Origin: Schizochytrium sp. TIO01
Taxonomy: Eukaryota > Protista > Bigyra: Labyrinthulomycetes
DNA length: 64,000 nt
Direction: 5' to 3'
NCBI GenBank assembly: GCA_004764695.1
Contig: SMSO01000009.1
Coordinates: forward strand, 62,001-126,000
In this document: piece after piece, positions 39,085 through 52,800 of the stretch
Layout: each line of letters starts with the position of its first letter
How positions within the stretch are numbered: position 1 is the stretch's first letter
The notes under the pieces: generated by a model
Database searches by the model: none
Seen by the model: the letters and a program-made list of their open reading frames with translations, nothing else
Told to the model about the DNA's origin: nothing
Translations under genes and position numbers: made by a program

Positions 39085-39968
39085 ACGTAGCTTTGCTTCA
39101 ATTCAAAATAAGTGTCGTGCATTTTTTTTGTTTCGGTTCCTAGTGTTTTTTGTTTTGCTTATGTTTCTATCTTTCTGTCTTTAAATAAAAAACAGATACT
39201 ATTCCTTGCAGATTTAGGCTTTCTTCCGAAATCTGCTGGGTGAAATAAACGGAGAATCGACTGATTTAAAACATTGTAGGGAATTGTTGAACTGTAGAAT
39301 TGACTGCATTTGAAGTGAACGAGTGAAAACCAGAAGATCCTGCATTCGCAAATACCACATTTGTTTTTATACCCGTTTATGATACTACCCTATATTTTCT
39401 GAAGAAGTAAGTTCCCTCCAAAGTTGAGAGCTTCAGCTCTTTGAAGGTAATTTAAGTATTTTGAAAGCTTCTATACAACGAATTGTAGAAGCTATAAATC
39501 AACAGTGCTCTTCTTTTGTAAAAAGAAAGAAGAACGACAAACAACATCGACAATAAAACCAGTATCCCTAAAACATATAGTGCTGCTTTGAATGCAGATG
39601 GAGAAATTATTTACGAAGTCTCCGTCAATTAAAGGATCAATCGAAAATAGTGTGGGCCACGACAAACCGAAATGTCCGATATTTTATAAATGCTTGTCAC
39701 TTCATTTTCGCTTCCTGCTTCTTTCCGAACTTGAAAGCATTCGAGAGGTAATTTCCTCGCTTGCCGATTTACCTTTCGGATATAGCTGATCTAGTCTTTC
39801 TCACAATTTTGAGTTTGGAGTTGATTGATACATTTGTCAACCTGGTAAAGGTCGCTAAATGAATTACCCAATCCAACATGAAGATATACTTTTCGAAGCT
39901 AAATGACTTTGAGCAGTGGATGAGGAATACAAAATGTGCTTTGACTTGACCGTGCTAAAGTAAGCTTG

Positions 39969-40041
39969 ACTTTACTTTAGCACGATGGTAGAACGTCACG
40001 TTGTGGCGGTGACGACCGTGGTTGGATTCCGCGCGAAGGCA
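39969..40041 (+). pseudogene. Degenerate tRNA-His(GTG)-like pseudogene
   Basis: tggtagaacgtcacgttGTGgcggtgacgaccgtggttggattccgcgcgaaggca: anticodon arm recognisable, T-loop mutated (GTTGGATT), acceptor stem broken. Confidence 0.55.
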
Positions 40042-40806
40042 CTCACTTCAAGACTAGGAAACTGAATAGTTTTGTTGGTTTCTTTTCATACTGATACCAT
40101 CCATATCTTACGGTGTGTTTTACTGAATGTACAAGCTCAAGAAATGAAAGGTTAGTTCCCTTTTAAAGGATTCTTTTTCATACTGACAAATGATGATGTA
40201 TCGAGTGTTTTTAATGAATGTTTGAAAAATGCAAAAGCTATTCTTCAATGCTTGCTAGCTTGCAAACCAAAGAAGAGGAGACAGTATTCGGGAAGGCATT
40301 CTACAGTCTGGCTGATTACGTTGGGATTTGGAATTCTATGTAGTATACAAGTATCTCCGGTTTGATCTACACTTGTGCAAGGCATCGCTGATTAAGCTAA
40401 ACTTTCTTTGGCAGTTCTTTCCTTGGCACTTGATGAAGGCTCGTCAATTTTATCATAATGATGCTATGATTTTGATTTCTACAATTTAAATCATCGGTTC
40501 TGTTTATCCTCCGATTTCTGAATTAGACTAACGTAAAGGTATACATTTGAGTATACATAGTTTCAAAGTAAAGCCTTGATGATTTGCAGTAAAAGTAATG
40601 CTGTGCTGTTTAAAACCATAGGCTTTTAAGAGAACATGGAGAATCGATAAGCTTGAAAACAAATGTCAGAAGGATATAAACAGGAATTTGTCTACTTTCT
40701 GTACGAGTTTCCGTGGCTTTGCTTTGGCAAGACTGAAACGCAGGTAAAGCATCTGATCCCACAGTTACTTTCCCTAAAACAAAAAGAAATACACTTTGGG
40801 TTCCAG

Positions 40807-40880
40807 AATCTCCGGCGGGACTTGAACCCACGATCTCCTGATTCGTAGTCAGGCACCTTATCCAACTTGGCCACGGAGAC
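40807..40880 (-). tRNA. tRNA-Arg(ACG)
   Basis: Reverse complement GTCTCCGTGGCCAAGTTGGATAAGGTGCCTGACTACGAATCAGGAGATCGTGGGTTCAAGTCCCGCCGGAGAT forms a cloverleaf; the 3' end is slightly atypical. Confidence 0.85.
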
Positions 40881-41447
40881 AACTTGCTAAGTTGAAAGGG
40901 AGACTTGTTGCTGTCAAGAATATGTTTTCCTCACACTGTACCCTGACCCTTGGGGGAACTTTATTGCACAAAAGTTTAAAGCTGACCGTTACTTTAAGCA
41001 AAATCAAATTTACATATTGCCATAAATTATTTGCACAAGGATCAAACGCTTGAAGCACATTTTAGCTAACGACCCTTTTGCCCTCTACAAGGCTCGTGGG
41101 CGTAAAGAAGCGAGCCACTGCGCATTGAATGATTGAGAGTTCTCTTTAAAATATAATAAAGTTTTTCACTTAAAGGTTTATTTAATACCCCCTTTCCTGT
41201 AAATTAAAATATATATTATAATAGAATTCTAAAAGTTTTTTGTTTTTTGTTTTTTGTTTAAAGAAAAAAAAAGTAAACTTAATTTTAGAAAATGAAAGTG
41301 TTAAAAACAAAAACTGAAAATTGAAAGAATGTAATTGATCTTTTTTTTTTAAAACCGAAGAGCGGAGTCCGAATAAAACGATTCGTACATTCATAAATTG
41401 GTCATTACAAATGTGTAAAATTGTTGAAATGGACGAGACCCCTGGTC

Positions 41448-41937
41448 GATTGAGAGGCAATCGCGGCGAAAAGGTATCCGTAGGAGGATAGGCTAGCCTG
41501 CGGAAAGGTGAACGAAGAGGATGCGTGCGTGGAGCGCAGCCGCAACTCTTTGAACTTTGAGAAAACTAAGCTGATGAGTGAGTTAGTTTAGCTAAAGCGG
41601 AGACTAAAGAAGACTTGCTGGGTGAGCTCGGCGAGACTCGGGTGGCCGTGAGTAGCCAGAGGTTTTGGGTATGCTTGCCGGCGAGGCTTCCTCTTAGGTA
41701 GGTGTGTGATTTCCTTGTTGCACGATAGCGTGGACGGTAAGAGGAACTATTTTATCTGTAAAAAGATTTTCAATTAAAAAGGAAAGTCCTTTCAACCTTT
41801 CTTTTCAGTGAAAAGTAAAATAAAATTTAGGCTTGAGGGGATTGAAAGTTTTCTCTGGTTTTTCTTGATGATATGGAATATGAGGCGAATGCATTCATTG
41901 GACAGCTTGTTTGGAAATATCCTACAGGGCCTGGACA
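41448..41937 (+). repeat. ~490-bp diverged direct repeat, copy downstream of the rDNA/tRNA block
   Basis: Homologous to 31221-31706 in the same orientation, ~10.2 kb apart. Confidence 0.8.
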
Positions 41938-44900
41938 AAAAAGAAGATACCCAATATGGTGAAGTTGACCTTACCCCAAGTTTACTGGAATGTCAGGTAT
42001 CCCAAGATATCTGTGACGACAATATGTAGAGCAACGATTGTCATGAAGGTGTGTAGTAGGATAATAACGATTTAAAAAAAAAGAGTTTAATTGAAGAAAT
42101 CTATAAAGACAAACTAAATAAATATTAATAGTTTATATTAAATTAAAAAACTTATTTGAATAAATGTCTTTGTTTTAATTTTTATGAATTTCTATTATTA
42201 TTATTTAAAGTGCTTTCCAACACTAATCATTCTATTAATAGCAAAATGAATTGGTGAAGCATATCAGGATGCCGTATCCCATCGAGAGTATTCATTGCAA
42301 CACGTTTCAACGTCAAAGACATATCTTCTCCTGCAATGTATTCTTCAAGGTACCTCTCGGCATGAAGACACCGTATTCGCGTGGATTGCTTATTCTCATC
42401 CTACGGTCATTAACTACACGATCAACAATTACATCACAAATTGTACACAAGGTGTTACTAATGCATGATGAATGCTTCGTTTAGTTTATTTTGAGCATAG
42501 TAATACGTTATGTACAAGAACAAAAACGTCCAGTAGCGTTTGATCGATTATATTATTGTTTTGCTTCAAGCTTGAAAAGTAAATGAACATTCAGATAGTC
42601 TAGATTTATTGCTAGAATTAAATGAAGCACCGTCCCTCAGTGGTCCTTTTATATGATTTTTGAAAGAGCAAGATAATGTGCATTTGCTTTTCGTGAAAGA
42701 CTGAAATATATTCGCAAACGTTGGCATTCACTGTGTGAGATCTTCCAGCCTCTGTAACTTTATCCCACTTGCTATAATAATTTAACTCCTTATAGATATG
42801 TAAAACATTTCTTTACCACTAAACCAATCTACAAGAGATGTTTTACTTTTCTCTATTAACAAGAGTACTGATTAGCATGGAATGGATCCAGTTTTAAAAT
42901 TGTACAAGGTACGATCTGTCTTTGTAAAAACAAACAAAAACACCAAAAACTCATTGTTTAATATTAAATTAAACTTTTTAATTTGAAAAGTTAAATATTT
43001 TAAACCAAAAGTAAAAGTTTAATTAAAACAAAACAAATTTGTTTTTATATTCTGTTCTAATACATTTTTGTTTTTAATCTTTAAAAGTTAAAAGGAGTAA
43101 AAGTATTTGCAAATTTTTAAATTGACAGAAATTATTGATGTAGCCTGAATGAGATCTTCGAGAGACTTAACGAGTCTTAACTAGTTTGCTGCTGCACAGA
43201 ATAGAGCATCTTCAGATCAAGGGTTGCACAATAGTATAGGCTCCACTGCTTAGACAGGTGACAAGCCGACTTGCTGTTTAGAAGCTCAATCCAAATGAAT
43301 CCTTGGTGTGTGAACTTTCCGAAACCAATGTTTTTAGCTCGTTAGCATTTTCAAATTGGTCATAAAGCTGTCCAACGTTGTTTACTGCAGCATGGCTTTC
43401 TAGGAATCACGTTTGTCTTTAAACTTTCATGCTCAGAGCACTCTGCAGTATGGTGATGATGTAGATTTGTTCGACGGAAGGGCTCTGTCGAACAAAGAAA
43501 TTATCAAATTGTGCTTCCTTAGAGAGTAGACCTTTTGTATGACCTCATCTATCAAAAAACATTATTGGGGCCATTTCGCGAATGTTTTGAGCAGCCGCAA
43601 CAAAGTCAAGCTTTCGTTTTGCTGAGTCTTGTTTAAAAAGTTTAAAAAAAGGTTGTTTTTGTTGGAGGCAAACTCAGGTTAAAATTCTCTCAAGTATTGT
43701 ACGTTCGATGAAGGCAAGTGATACAAATTTCCATAAGACTCTGAATCAACAATCATGTATTATATACGAATGCTTTCCAGTGTAATAGCAGAACTTAACA
43801 GCATGCCTGTATGCATTAGAATATTTATTAAAAACGATATCATGGAGCTTGGTGCAAACGACAGAACACCACAAAATATTTCTAAATAGATTCACGGACG
43901 TTCGAAATACGATATGTTGCAGCTTTTTCGAAGCAAGTCCTTTGGGAACCGGAAATACAAGTCAAATGTGTGGTAAGTACGCTTTGTGCCTGCACATCAA
44001 ATTACTTCGATAGCATCAACATAGAAAACCTGATTTGAAGGGAAAACAGTGCAATAAGGAATTGCACAAAGAATCACAAATTGAGAACTACCACTTATTT
44101 TGTGACTAGTCCCTTTCATGGTTAAGAAAGGTCATTTGTTAATTTGGAGATGCCGCAAAGAGGAACTCATAAAGGATTTCTTATTTCAAAAACGCATTTC
44201 GCGAGAGCACCCCCTAAAATATAAAGAAGCAGCTTTCGAACGATTTGCAACTTAATCTTTGACAGTGATGTGTTGGGGAAAAAGCTGTGTGCAAAGGCCC
44301 AGTGAAGGAATCGCAGGCACTCATTTATTCGTCGCAATTGATATGTTTCAAAATACTTCAAAATTTGCAGTCATCGTACAGATTCGAAAGGAAAGAAGAA
44401 ACTTTCTCTCCAGTTCAGTAGAAGATGCTGTGCGGTCAAAACATGCAATATCTTGCTTTGACGGTAGTGTAGGTAAAGTTGTTGCTGGGCAATCATTGTT
44501 CTCAACAGTAGAATTGCAAGTACTAATTTATACGCTAAGGTTCTGTTAGTCCTAGTTAGACAATTCTTCAAATAAAGTTCTAGATAGATTAAACTCTAGT
44601 CTGTATTTTATTTCTATAATAAAGTGTGGGAAGATCAAAAGGAAAAGCATCAGAACTTGAATCAAATCAACAAGACCTCACTTGTTTCACAGATCTTTCT
44701 GAGGCATAAACACCTTCTATAATTGAGAAACAAAGGTTCTCACTTAACACTGTGCTCGATGGCGGAGACAGAGACCCATCTTGCCAAAGCAGCGGTGCTG
44801 GCAGCAGCTCGAGCCTCGTCCAAGTCTCGCAGAGCCAAGGTTGATGTGATCTCATCTCACAGCTTCGTTCGTTTGGAGGCAAAGCAGAAGGAACCGGAAG

Positions 44901-45129
44901 CAACCTACAAGCGCAGGTAGTCAACCCAGCATCTTTGCTAAGGCCAAGCGAACCACCCACTATGCTCTACCTGCTCGCCTAGAGCAGTCCTCTATGAAGA
45001 ATCAGCTGTCCACCTGAAAGGAGGTCTGCCACCAAGCCTAAACCATGGCCTCTGGAGAAAGGATTCAATGCTGGGTCATACGCCTGGTCATTCTCACTAT
45101 GCGGCTATTTTGCTCGTTGGTATGTTTTT

Positions 45130-46450
45130 GTAAAATTTGCCGCTGACTAGAGTAATGAACAATTATTCATAAACACGAGCGACTTCACGGGTCACAAAAA
45201 TATTCAAAGTGATCTGCACATTTTGGCCAGGACAATAGCAATGAGAGACTTTTTGAATAAAAGTTTTTTTTAATATGGTTCCTCTACAGTGTAGAACCTT
45301 TTACCACATAAGCAATTACCGCGGTGACAATTGCAAATATTAAAAATGGCCATAAACTCCGCAGTGCATTTAATTGGTCCATATGTAGACGCCATTTCCC
45401 GCATTGTCGTTCGCACTGAACTGTGCACGAAAAGCAGTCAACTGTACATTGGAATTATACTGTTGCGACAATAACAACGTTCTGTTGAATTTTATGCTAG
45501 CTAAGTCATGCCTTTGTTTTATTGGTCTAATGAATATGTTCCTTGTAGTAGGTATCTGCCGAAGTACCAATACTAACTTAGTTTAGGAAAAACGAAAAAT
45601 AAAACGTCGTACATCACCAGATGGCCAAAGTTTCTCCTCTAAAAATCTAGATCAATTCAGGTCGCTGGAGAATTGAAATCAAAATTCTTGGTACCTGACT
45701 TTGTTTCGAAAAATAGTAAATTAAACACGGCTGTCTTCAGGGAAGCTACTGAAAATTTTATTTCCTAAAATCTGCTGCTGAAGGGTATCTTTAACATATA
45801 CGACTTTTGTGCTGTTACCTTGAGAGTCCGCCACCTGGGCAGATGAAGAAGTTAAAAGACGAATCCTCGGGCCAGCGAATGGCGTTCGAAATGTACAAAA
45901 TGCATCTCGCGATTAAGAGTTGTGATAAGCATAGCCCCTTTTAAAAGCAAGTGCGACCTTTTTCTGTGAATCTTCTATTCAATAAGATTTTAATGCGTAG
46001 TTTTTATTTGTTTCTGCAAATGTGCTTTACAGAGAGTGTAACTACTGCCCCTGACTTTCCCCTAGTAGATCGTCCATTAATGCAAAGTAATTTTGTTTAT
46101 TTATCTCTTTGGTGCCTAACTTTTAATGCATTGCAAAAAATAGGATACATCAATTTTGTGATCCCCTATCATTTTCTAAATGTAGGAATGTTGATAGTAA
46201 GCCAACGATACGTACGTCAAAAACGAAGATATTAACTCCGTTTTGTGTGGTAAATTAATGTCATTGCTCAAATATTAGTGACTCAAATCGAGGTACCAAA
46301 AATGAGTGGCTAGGGGGAAAAAATGAAAAATAACATTCAACACCGGGGCTTCGCATGCAGTCCCCTATCATACTACTGACCCGGCCCTACGCGACTTTAC
46401 TTCTCAGTGCGAATGAGATGAGGTGTTACCCGCGTGGTATGATCGAATGT
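45130..46450. repeat. Segmental duplication, copy B (homologous to ~280-1647)
   Basis: Collinear shared blocks that end at the 5S gene. Confidence 0.85.
46332..46450 (-). rRNA. 5S rRNA gene (copy 3, no adjacent LRR gene)
   Basis: Same 119-nt sequence as the other copies. Confidence 0.95.
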
Positions 46451-46744
46451 GATCGAGTGATTCGAATTGTGGTATTTATACTGCAGACCGTTATTTCATT
46501 CTTTTTATATAAAAAGTAACAACGCAGAAAGTAGCTTTCCTTCGAGTCTCTCTGGCCTCTGCCATGAAGACAAAAGCTTCCTTGCAGGCTTTCTGCTACG
46601 AAGTGTTTTATCTGTCTTTCTTGAGATACAAGCTAATGCCGAGCGACAGTAAAGTTAGTAAACAGCAAGTCTGCTCTTTTTTTCGACAAAACAGAAACAT
46701 ATAACTTTCTCAACAAGTGATGAGTTTCTGTTTTAGATTAACAC

Positions 46745-46920
46745 TACTGAGAAGGAAAACTGACACAGTACTACGTCATGACTTCGCAAGGCTCAAAGGA
46801 ACACCTCCATGACAAGACCATGGTGAAGCGTCAGTCAACATAGTGATGCGTCTATGTCATGGAAGGAAGGGGACGAAGCAAGCCTGGAAATGAGTTTGCA
46901 AGACAATCCGACAAGGTTAG
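46745..46920 (+). repeat. Dispersed repeat, copy 3 (partial, diverged)
   Basis: ctactgagaaggaaaactgacaca..catgacttcgcaaggctcaaagga resembles 8731-8790. Confidence 0.5.
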
Positions 46921-49818
46921 TAAAGCTATAGGTCCTCTACTCTCTTATTTGAGTTGAAGCATGTGCCTTTCGAGCAATCGATTATTTATTCTGTGAATAT
47001 TACAAATCTTGTGTGCATGATAAAGAAATGCCTCATATTTCTTTCCCAAGCACGAAAGTATCCGACATGATTGAGAAATTCCAGACCTGTAATGTTTATA
47101 AGTATTTGCTTTAATCTAGTTTGCATAGTTTAAAATAATCACATTAAGAAAAAAAATGAAATTTTACACTGTTTTTTAGTTGTGGTGTTCCTTATTGTTG
47201 AGATATGCAGGTCAGAAAAGAACATCATAAATCGGAACTGGTGTACCTGTTGTTTATTGTACAGCTTGCAGTTCTGTGCTAGAAGAAAAAGTCACACTTG
47301 TTCACTTCAAGATGTTCCTTTGCATGTCCAATTCTCACCAATATAGTTTGGCTCTCTCCTTCAGAAGATTCTTCCTTTCACAGATGCAAGATGTTCTACG
47401 TTCATGATTCATTGAAGCAGCTGTGTATTTCCTGAGAAACAGCAACGAGCTAATTCCCCAAGCTTGAGACAAGAAAGAAAGTTACTGGGTACTACTATTC
47501 CTATTGAGTTAACCACCTAGATAGAATATCTAGTGTTACAAAGTTGACTATAACGAGAAGTGCGTATAAAAGCAAATGAAGGAACTAGCCAAGCACGGTT
47601 GTGCGCATTCTGTTTGGCTGTGTACTCACATGTGTCTCAACTGCTTTGACACTGACTCGAACAGCAACCTTGATGTATGTTTGAAGAACAACACAATCTT
47701 CAGTGGGAGCACAACACTACACCATCACAGACATCTCGTGGGAGATGCTACCCACTTAACACTTTCGTTGACACTCTCGGCACATGTTGATTAAATATGC
47801 GTGCTCCCCTCTTGGAGGCATATTGCAAGTTAGCGTGAGGCGATCACCAAGAGATAGAAATGAAGGAAAAGAAAAGTTAGAATTAATATTCAGGAACTGC
47901 TGACATGGCCTATTGTCAAAGTCTATAGGCTTTGGTCTTGTCTTCGGCACATTGAGATGATCCGTCCGACACATAACTGTAAAACTTCGATAAGGCATAA
48001 GTATGTAGAGTCAATAGTTTCTTTCAACAGATAAATCATAATGTAGTGTTTTTAAATTCATCATTGTAGAATATGCCTTGGAACACTGCTAAAGCTTATC
48101 ATGCGAGATTCTATTAAGTCAAGTAGCCAGATTAAAATATGCAGTTCATGGGGCGCAGCAAAATTTATATCATCTGAGCTGAGATTACCAATCAAAGAGT
48201 TCTGTGGAGAAGAGCCATTGTCACACTATTATAAGTCCTCGTAGTCTAAGACTTATAAGAATATGACTATCAGATACGAAGGAGTGAGAACAAAGGAAAC
48301 TTATAAGTGAATGTGTAATACACAACCAAAGACTTGTGTTGAACAAACGAGCTAGCCTAACCCCTTGAGCTCCGAGTTTTAACAGTCTTAGTCTCATACT
48401 CAGGGTATGAACTGTTCCACCTGTTCAATATCTTTACGCAGCAGCAGCTGATCATTTACTAGGACAGTAAATCCTTGAATGCACAAAACTCTTGAAGTTT
48501 TGGTGCTGAGTGTTCATCTCCAAGGTTTGCAATCGCTAACTGTGTACGCCGAAGCATAAAAAGATGCCGCCATCTTCCTATGTAACCTCTGGCTGCTTAG
48601 AGCTCTTTTAATAGCGATTGTGCATTTACTTTGTAGCTTTTGTGGTATCCACAATTCTGTCATTGTCTCGCAATCTCAGATTGATGGAGTAAACTAATTC
48701 CCTTATCACTCTGTGTGTTCTTGCAATGCTCTCTTCTATAAAATCTTTGAAGAACAACTTAAAGAGGCGATCAGGAAGGCGATGTTTTGCCTTTGGAGGT
48801 TCGTTGAGTCAACTTTGTTCTGAGAGCTTAAGATGTGGAAATTTAATGGTTTTCTTGAGAAGAGTCCATGCTTCGAATAGTAAATCTGGATACATGACAT
48901 ATCAAGATTAAAGAGTTTCGAGGATTAAATAACTAATGGTTTCCATCTAGCTTTCAAAAGTTGTCTGGAGTGCAAAGGCTTGTGTTCAGAGTCTGATCTC
49001 TACGATTGACTTATTGTGAAATAGTAAATAGTTACCAAGAAAGAACCCCAATCTCCCTATTACTCAGGTCGTCATAGGTTCGGAGAAAGGGTTGTGTCTA
49101 TAATACTACTTTTGCTCTTGCCTTTGATGGAGTTCTTATGCAAATTGTAAACGCCCAGCACCTTGTAACCGTAATATCATGGTATTCTATGTTTGATAGG
49201 ACTGTACAATAAAAAGTTGCGTATTACAGGCCCTCTGATGCTAGGGTGGAGTAACGATTGGTGTGCAGAATTTAAATTGAAAACTGAGAGGAAATTGTCA
49301 CCTTAAGGGTTTCAGTGCCGTTAGAAGAACTGCATTTTGGCTTTGATGAAAAAATAAATAAAAAGTTGCTTTCCGAAATGAGAACTATTGAGAACTGCCA
49401 AAGAGAGATGAATCAAAAAAGTATTTTTGAGTTTGTTTTGCGACGATTTGGCTTAAACCTTGAGCTTCTGATACCTTGCGGTGTTGCTGAATGAATTATC
49501 GAAGGAACGGAGGGAGTAAAACAAAGTAAGAATTAGTATCTAATAATAAAGTAAATATGCTCCTCAAACTGGAAAAATAAAGTTAAGAAAGCATATATAT
49601 CATCAGTGAAATGTTCACGAGTTATTACTTTGTTCTGATTTATGTTTAATTTATGTTAACTTTTAGTACTTTCCGCCACGAAGAACCTTGCATGAATACA
49701 CATTATAAATGTTGATCCTGTTGGCAGACGTCGGTGCTGTCTGGAGGAGAGCAATTACTTTCTTGCCTTCTAGTCAACAGCGCTTACGAAAAAGATAATC
49801 ATTAAAAATTTGATTAGT

Positions 49819-52800
49819 TTATTCCAATCTGAAGTTTGCGCCAACAATATCTGGTGTTAGCAAAGGCGACAATAACTCTTTCAGAACGAGTCGAAGATTT
49901 CTATCCTTAATTTTTGCATTCCAGTACTCACGCAGACGTTCAGCGCGGAGCAACTGCCACGCCTCACGAACCTGCTCAAAAGAATCAGCAAAAAATGGAT
50001 CTTCCCCAAGTCTTCTTGAACAGGTTCTCACATGATCATGACATGCATCTTCATCATGAGAACTGTAGCCAAGACACCAAGCGCAGAAGTGATGACCACA
50101 AGCCTCATTACCACACTCTACAGCACAGCAACCGTCAAAATCGTGTACATATGCCTTACAGTTCGGACAACATGTGCTCAAGATCTTCTCTTGAATATGA
50201 AGTAAATGAAGCCGTGCGTCGCGATTCTGTTCATCTGCACGTAAAACTTGTGCTATACGCCTTTGGATCTCCTTCTCCGCCCAAACTGCTGCTTCATTTT
50301 CTGCCTTCATCTTCGCAATCAACAATAGGTGATTCAAAGCAGTTGGTGCAAGACGGGTGATTTCTTGACCTGATATCCTTCCACTACATTCAGGTTTCAT
50401 GCACGCCATCGTTCCATCAGCATCTACTCTTACGTTAGCAAGTGGCCGTGCCGCCGCTTCTACTGAAGATTCGATACAGTATCTGCAAAGGAAGTCTCCC
50501 TCCTCGCAGCTCGTGCCCTCGGAAAGCAGATGCTCCTCCATGCATACTAGACATATCTTGACAGGGATCTTAGGAGCTCCAAAAGCTTCATGTTGGAGTG
50601 CTTGGCGAGCGGTTGGACGCTGGCCAGGGTCTGCTGCTGTAAGAGCATCGATAAGTTTCTGCATTGCAGCGGTTCGCTCAGTAGGATACAGCTCCTTTAA
50701 GCTGATGCCCACAGAGTACATGTCCATCGCTGTTTCAAACCTATCTACAGGCCCATTCTGCAACTCGGGGGCAACGTACCGTGGCGTTGCCTGAAGTGAT
50801 GTGTAAGTTGCAGTGTAGTCTGCATTCTTGATGCCGTCAAAGTCGCCGATCAATGGTGTCCCGTTGCTTGTGAGGAAAATGTTTTCTGGTTTGATGTCAC
50901 AATGCACAATGCCGTGGGTATGCAAATCCGCCACGCCGATGAGCAGGCCCACAGCAAGTCGGTCGCGTGCTGCTTTGCCTTCGTTAGGATGACTATCAAT
51001 CCACTTGGCAAGGTCACCTTGCTCGTAGAAAGGCATTACAATACAGCCACGCGGTACTCCATGTGCCAAGTCAACAAAAGCACCATTGATACGTATCACG
51101 TGCTGAGACACCACTTTGCCCAGATTGGCAACTTGTCTGTAGAAGGTTTTGGATTGACTTGGATGTCCAAGCTGAAACTCTTTGAGAACCATAGTTTTAC
51201 CAAAGTTGTCAAGAACCTTTTGTACTCTCTTGCCACCTCTGGAAGCAAGGGGTTCGTCGACAGGCTTGAAGTCCGAAACTGTGACATTCGTCAACCAAAG
51301 GTCAGAACATGCTACTTCAAGAACACCCTCTGCACTTACGTGAAGCCTTTCCAGCCAAGCTCTATCTTGCAGTAACTCTGGATAATGTTCCTGCGCGTGT
51401 TGCAAAGTTTCAGCAAGCTTATGACGAAAGGCTTTGCTAAGTTCGATAGGGTTGCCTTGAGAGAGAACGAGCTCTTGCTTCTTCATTCGATTTCTAAAAT
51501 ATGCTTGATCTTCCTCATCCAGGTCCTCAGCCACTAGTTCTGCTTCGGCGATTTTTAATCTTTCTGTGGCTTTCCTTGACTTGTCGAGTATCTGGTATAA
51601 TGCTTCAACATCTGAGACAGAAGGTTCTTTCAAACCCAGTACTGCATAGTCATACAGATTAGAGAGCTCTGTTGGTGTGTACTTGCTTGCATCATTCAAC
51701 ACTGTGCTTTCAGAGTATCCTTCAAATCGAGCAAATGTTGAACTTATCACGCAAAGTATTTTGGACAATTGGGCACGAAATGTATCTCCTTGTAGAGCTT
51801 CGATCTCTTCCTTAAGAGCACTATCGAGTTCAGACAACTCTGGTTCTAGCTTCATGGCCTGCTCAGGTGTTCTCAGAGCAACCCATAATCCATCACCAAG
51901 TTCGAGCTCAGACAATCGAGAGATGACGCGTTTTACAGCTTGTTGGCTTCGTTCACCAATGTTGTCGAGTTGGCCTTCTCCACTCCTCTTGTACCCTTCC
52001 ACGAATTGGGCAGCCTGAATAGCGAGTTCGTGGCAGTGTTTGAAGTCATCTGTGCTGGTCTCTTCATCGACTGGTGCAAGGTTGATCTTTAGATCGTTTA
52101 CCAAACTTTTGACTCTCACTTTGAATTCTCGCATTGCACTCTCATCACTTTCGCAAAGGTTGGCGCGAACCCATGGGTACACGACCTGCAAAAGTGAATG
52201 CAGGTGTCTCCGTTCGGTGTTCCGCTTTTGGATGAGGCTGGGCAAGCCATTTGTAGAGCTTGCACGAATCTGGTCTTGTAGAGCGTCAAGACTCTCTTTG
52301 GAGGTCTTGATGTTACCGGAAACTTGTCGCAACTTCACTTGGCCAAAGTAGCCCTGGATCGCCGGTCCAACGAATTCCTCAAGCAGGGCAATCCCAGTCT
52401 GCAGGGAGTTTCCTCTGACCCCGCCTCGGTCCGCGCGCAGGTCCGAGACTTTCTTGGCAAGCTGCACCACATCAGCGAAACTCACGCTCGCTCCATCCGG
52501 TCGTAGTCTGAGGCGAACAAGAAGACGTAAGCAAACGAGTAAAATGATGTTGAAGTAGCAACAAAAGCAGAAGCAAAAGTTAGGATCCCCTATATGTCAA
52601 TAACACAATTCGAATAATTACACGATCCCAAACAAAGACTGACCGCATGAACTTACCCAGATCCATCCAAAGTAGCAAGCCCGGCGCTCTCAACGCCATC
52701 TTGCTCGTTCTTGGGCTCTGCAGAAGGCTCGCTTTCTGCAGCCTCTATGGAAGGATAGGATTCGAGCTCTGACGAGAAATCTGCAATGTCCTCTCCAGGA

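Noticed and set aside
42200-44600. Possible decayed genes here and at 47000-49300
   Set aside because: Short ORF fragments with no recognisable motifs; nothing I can assign
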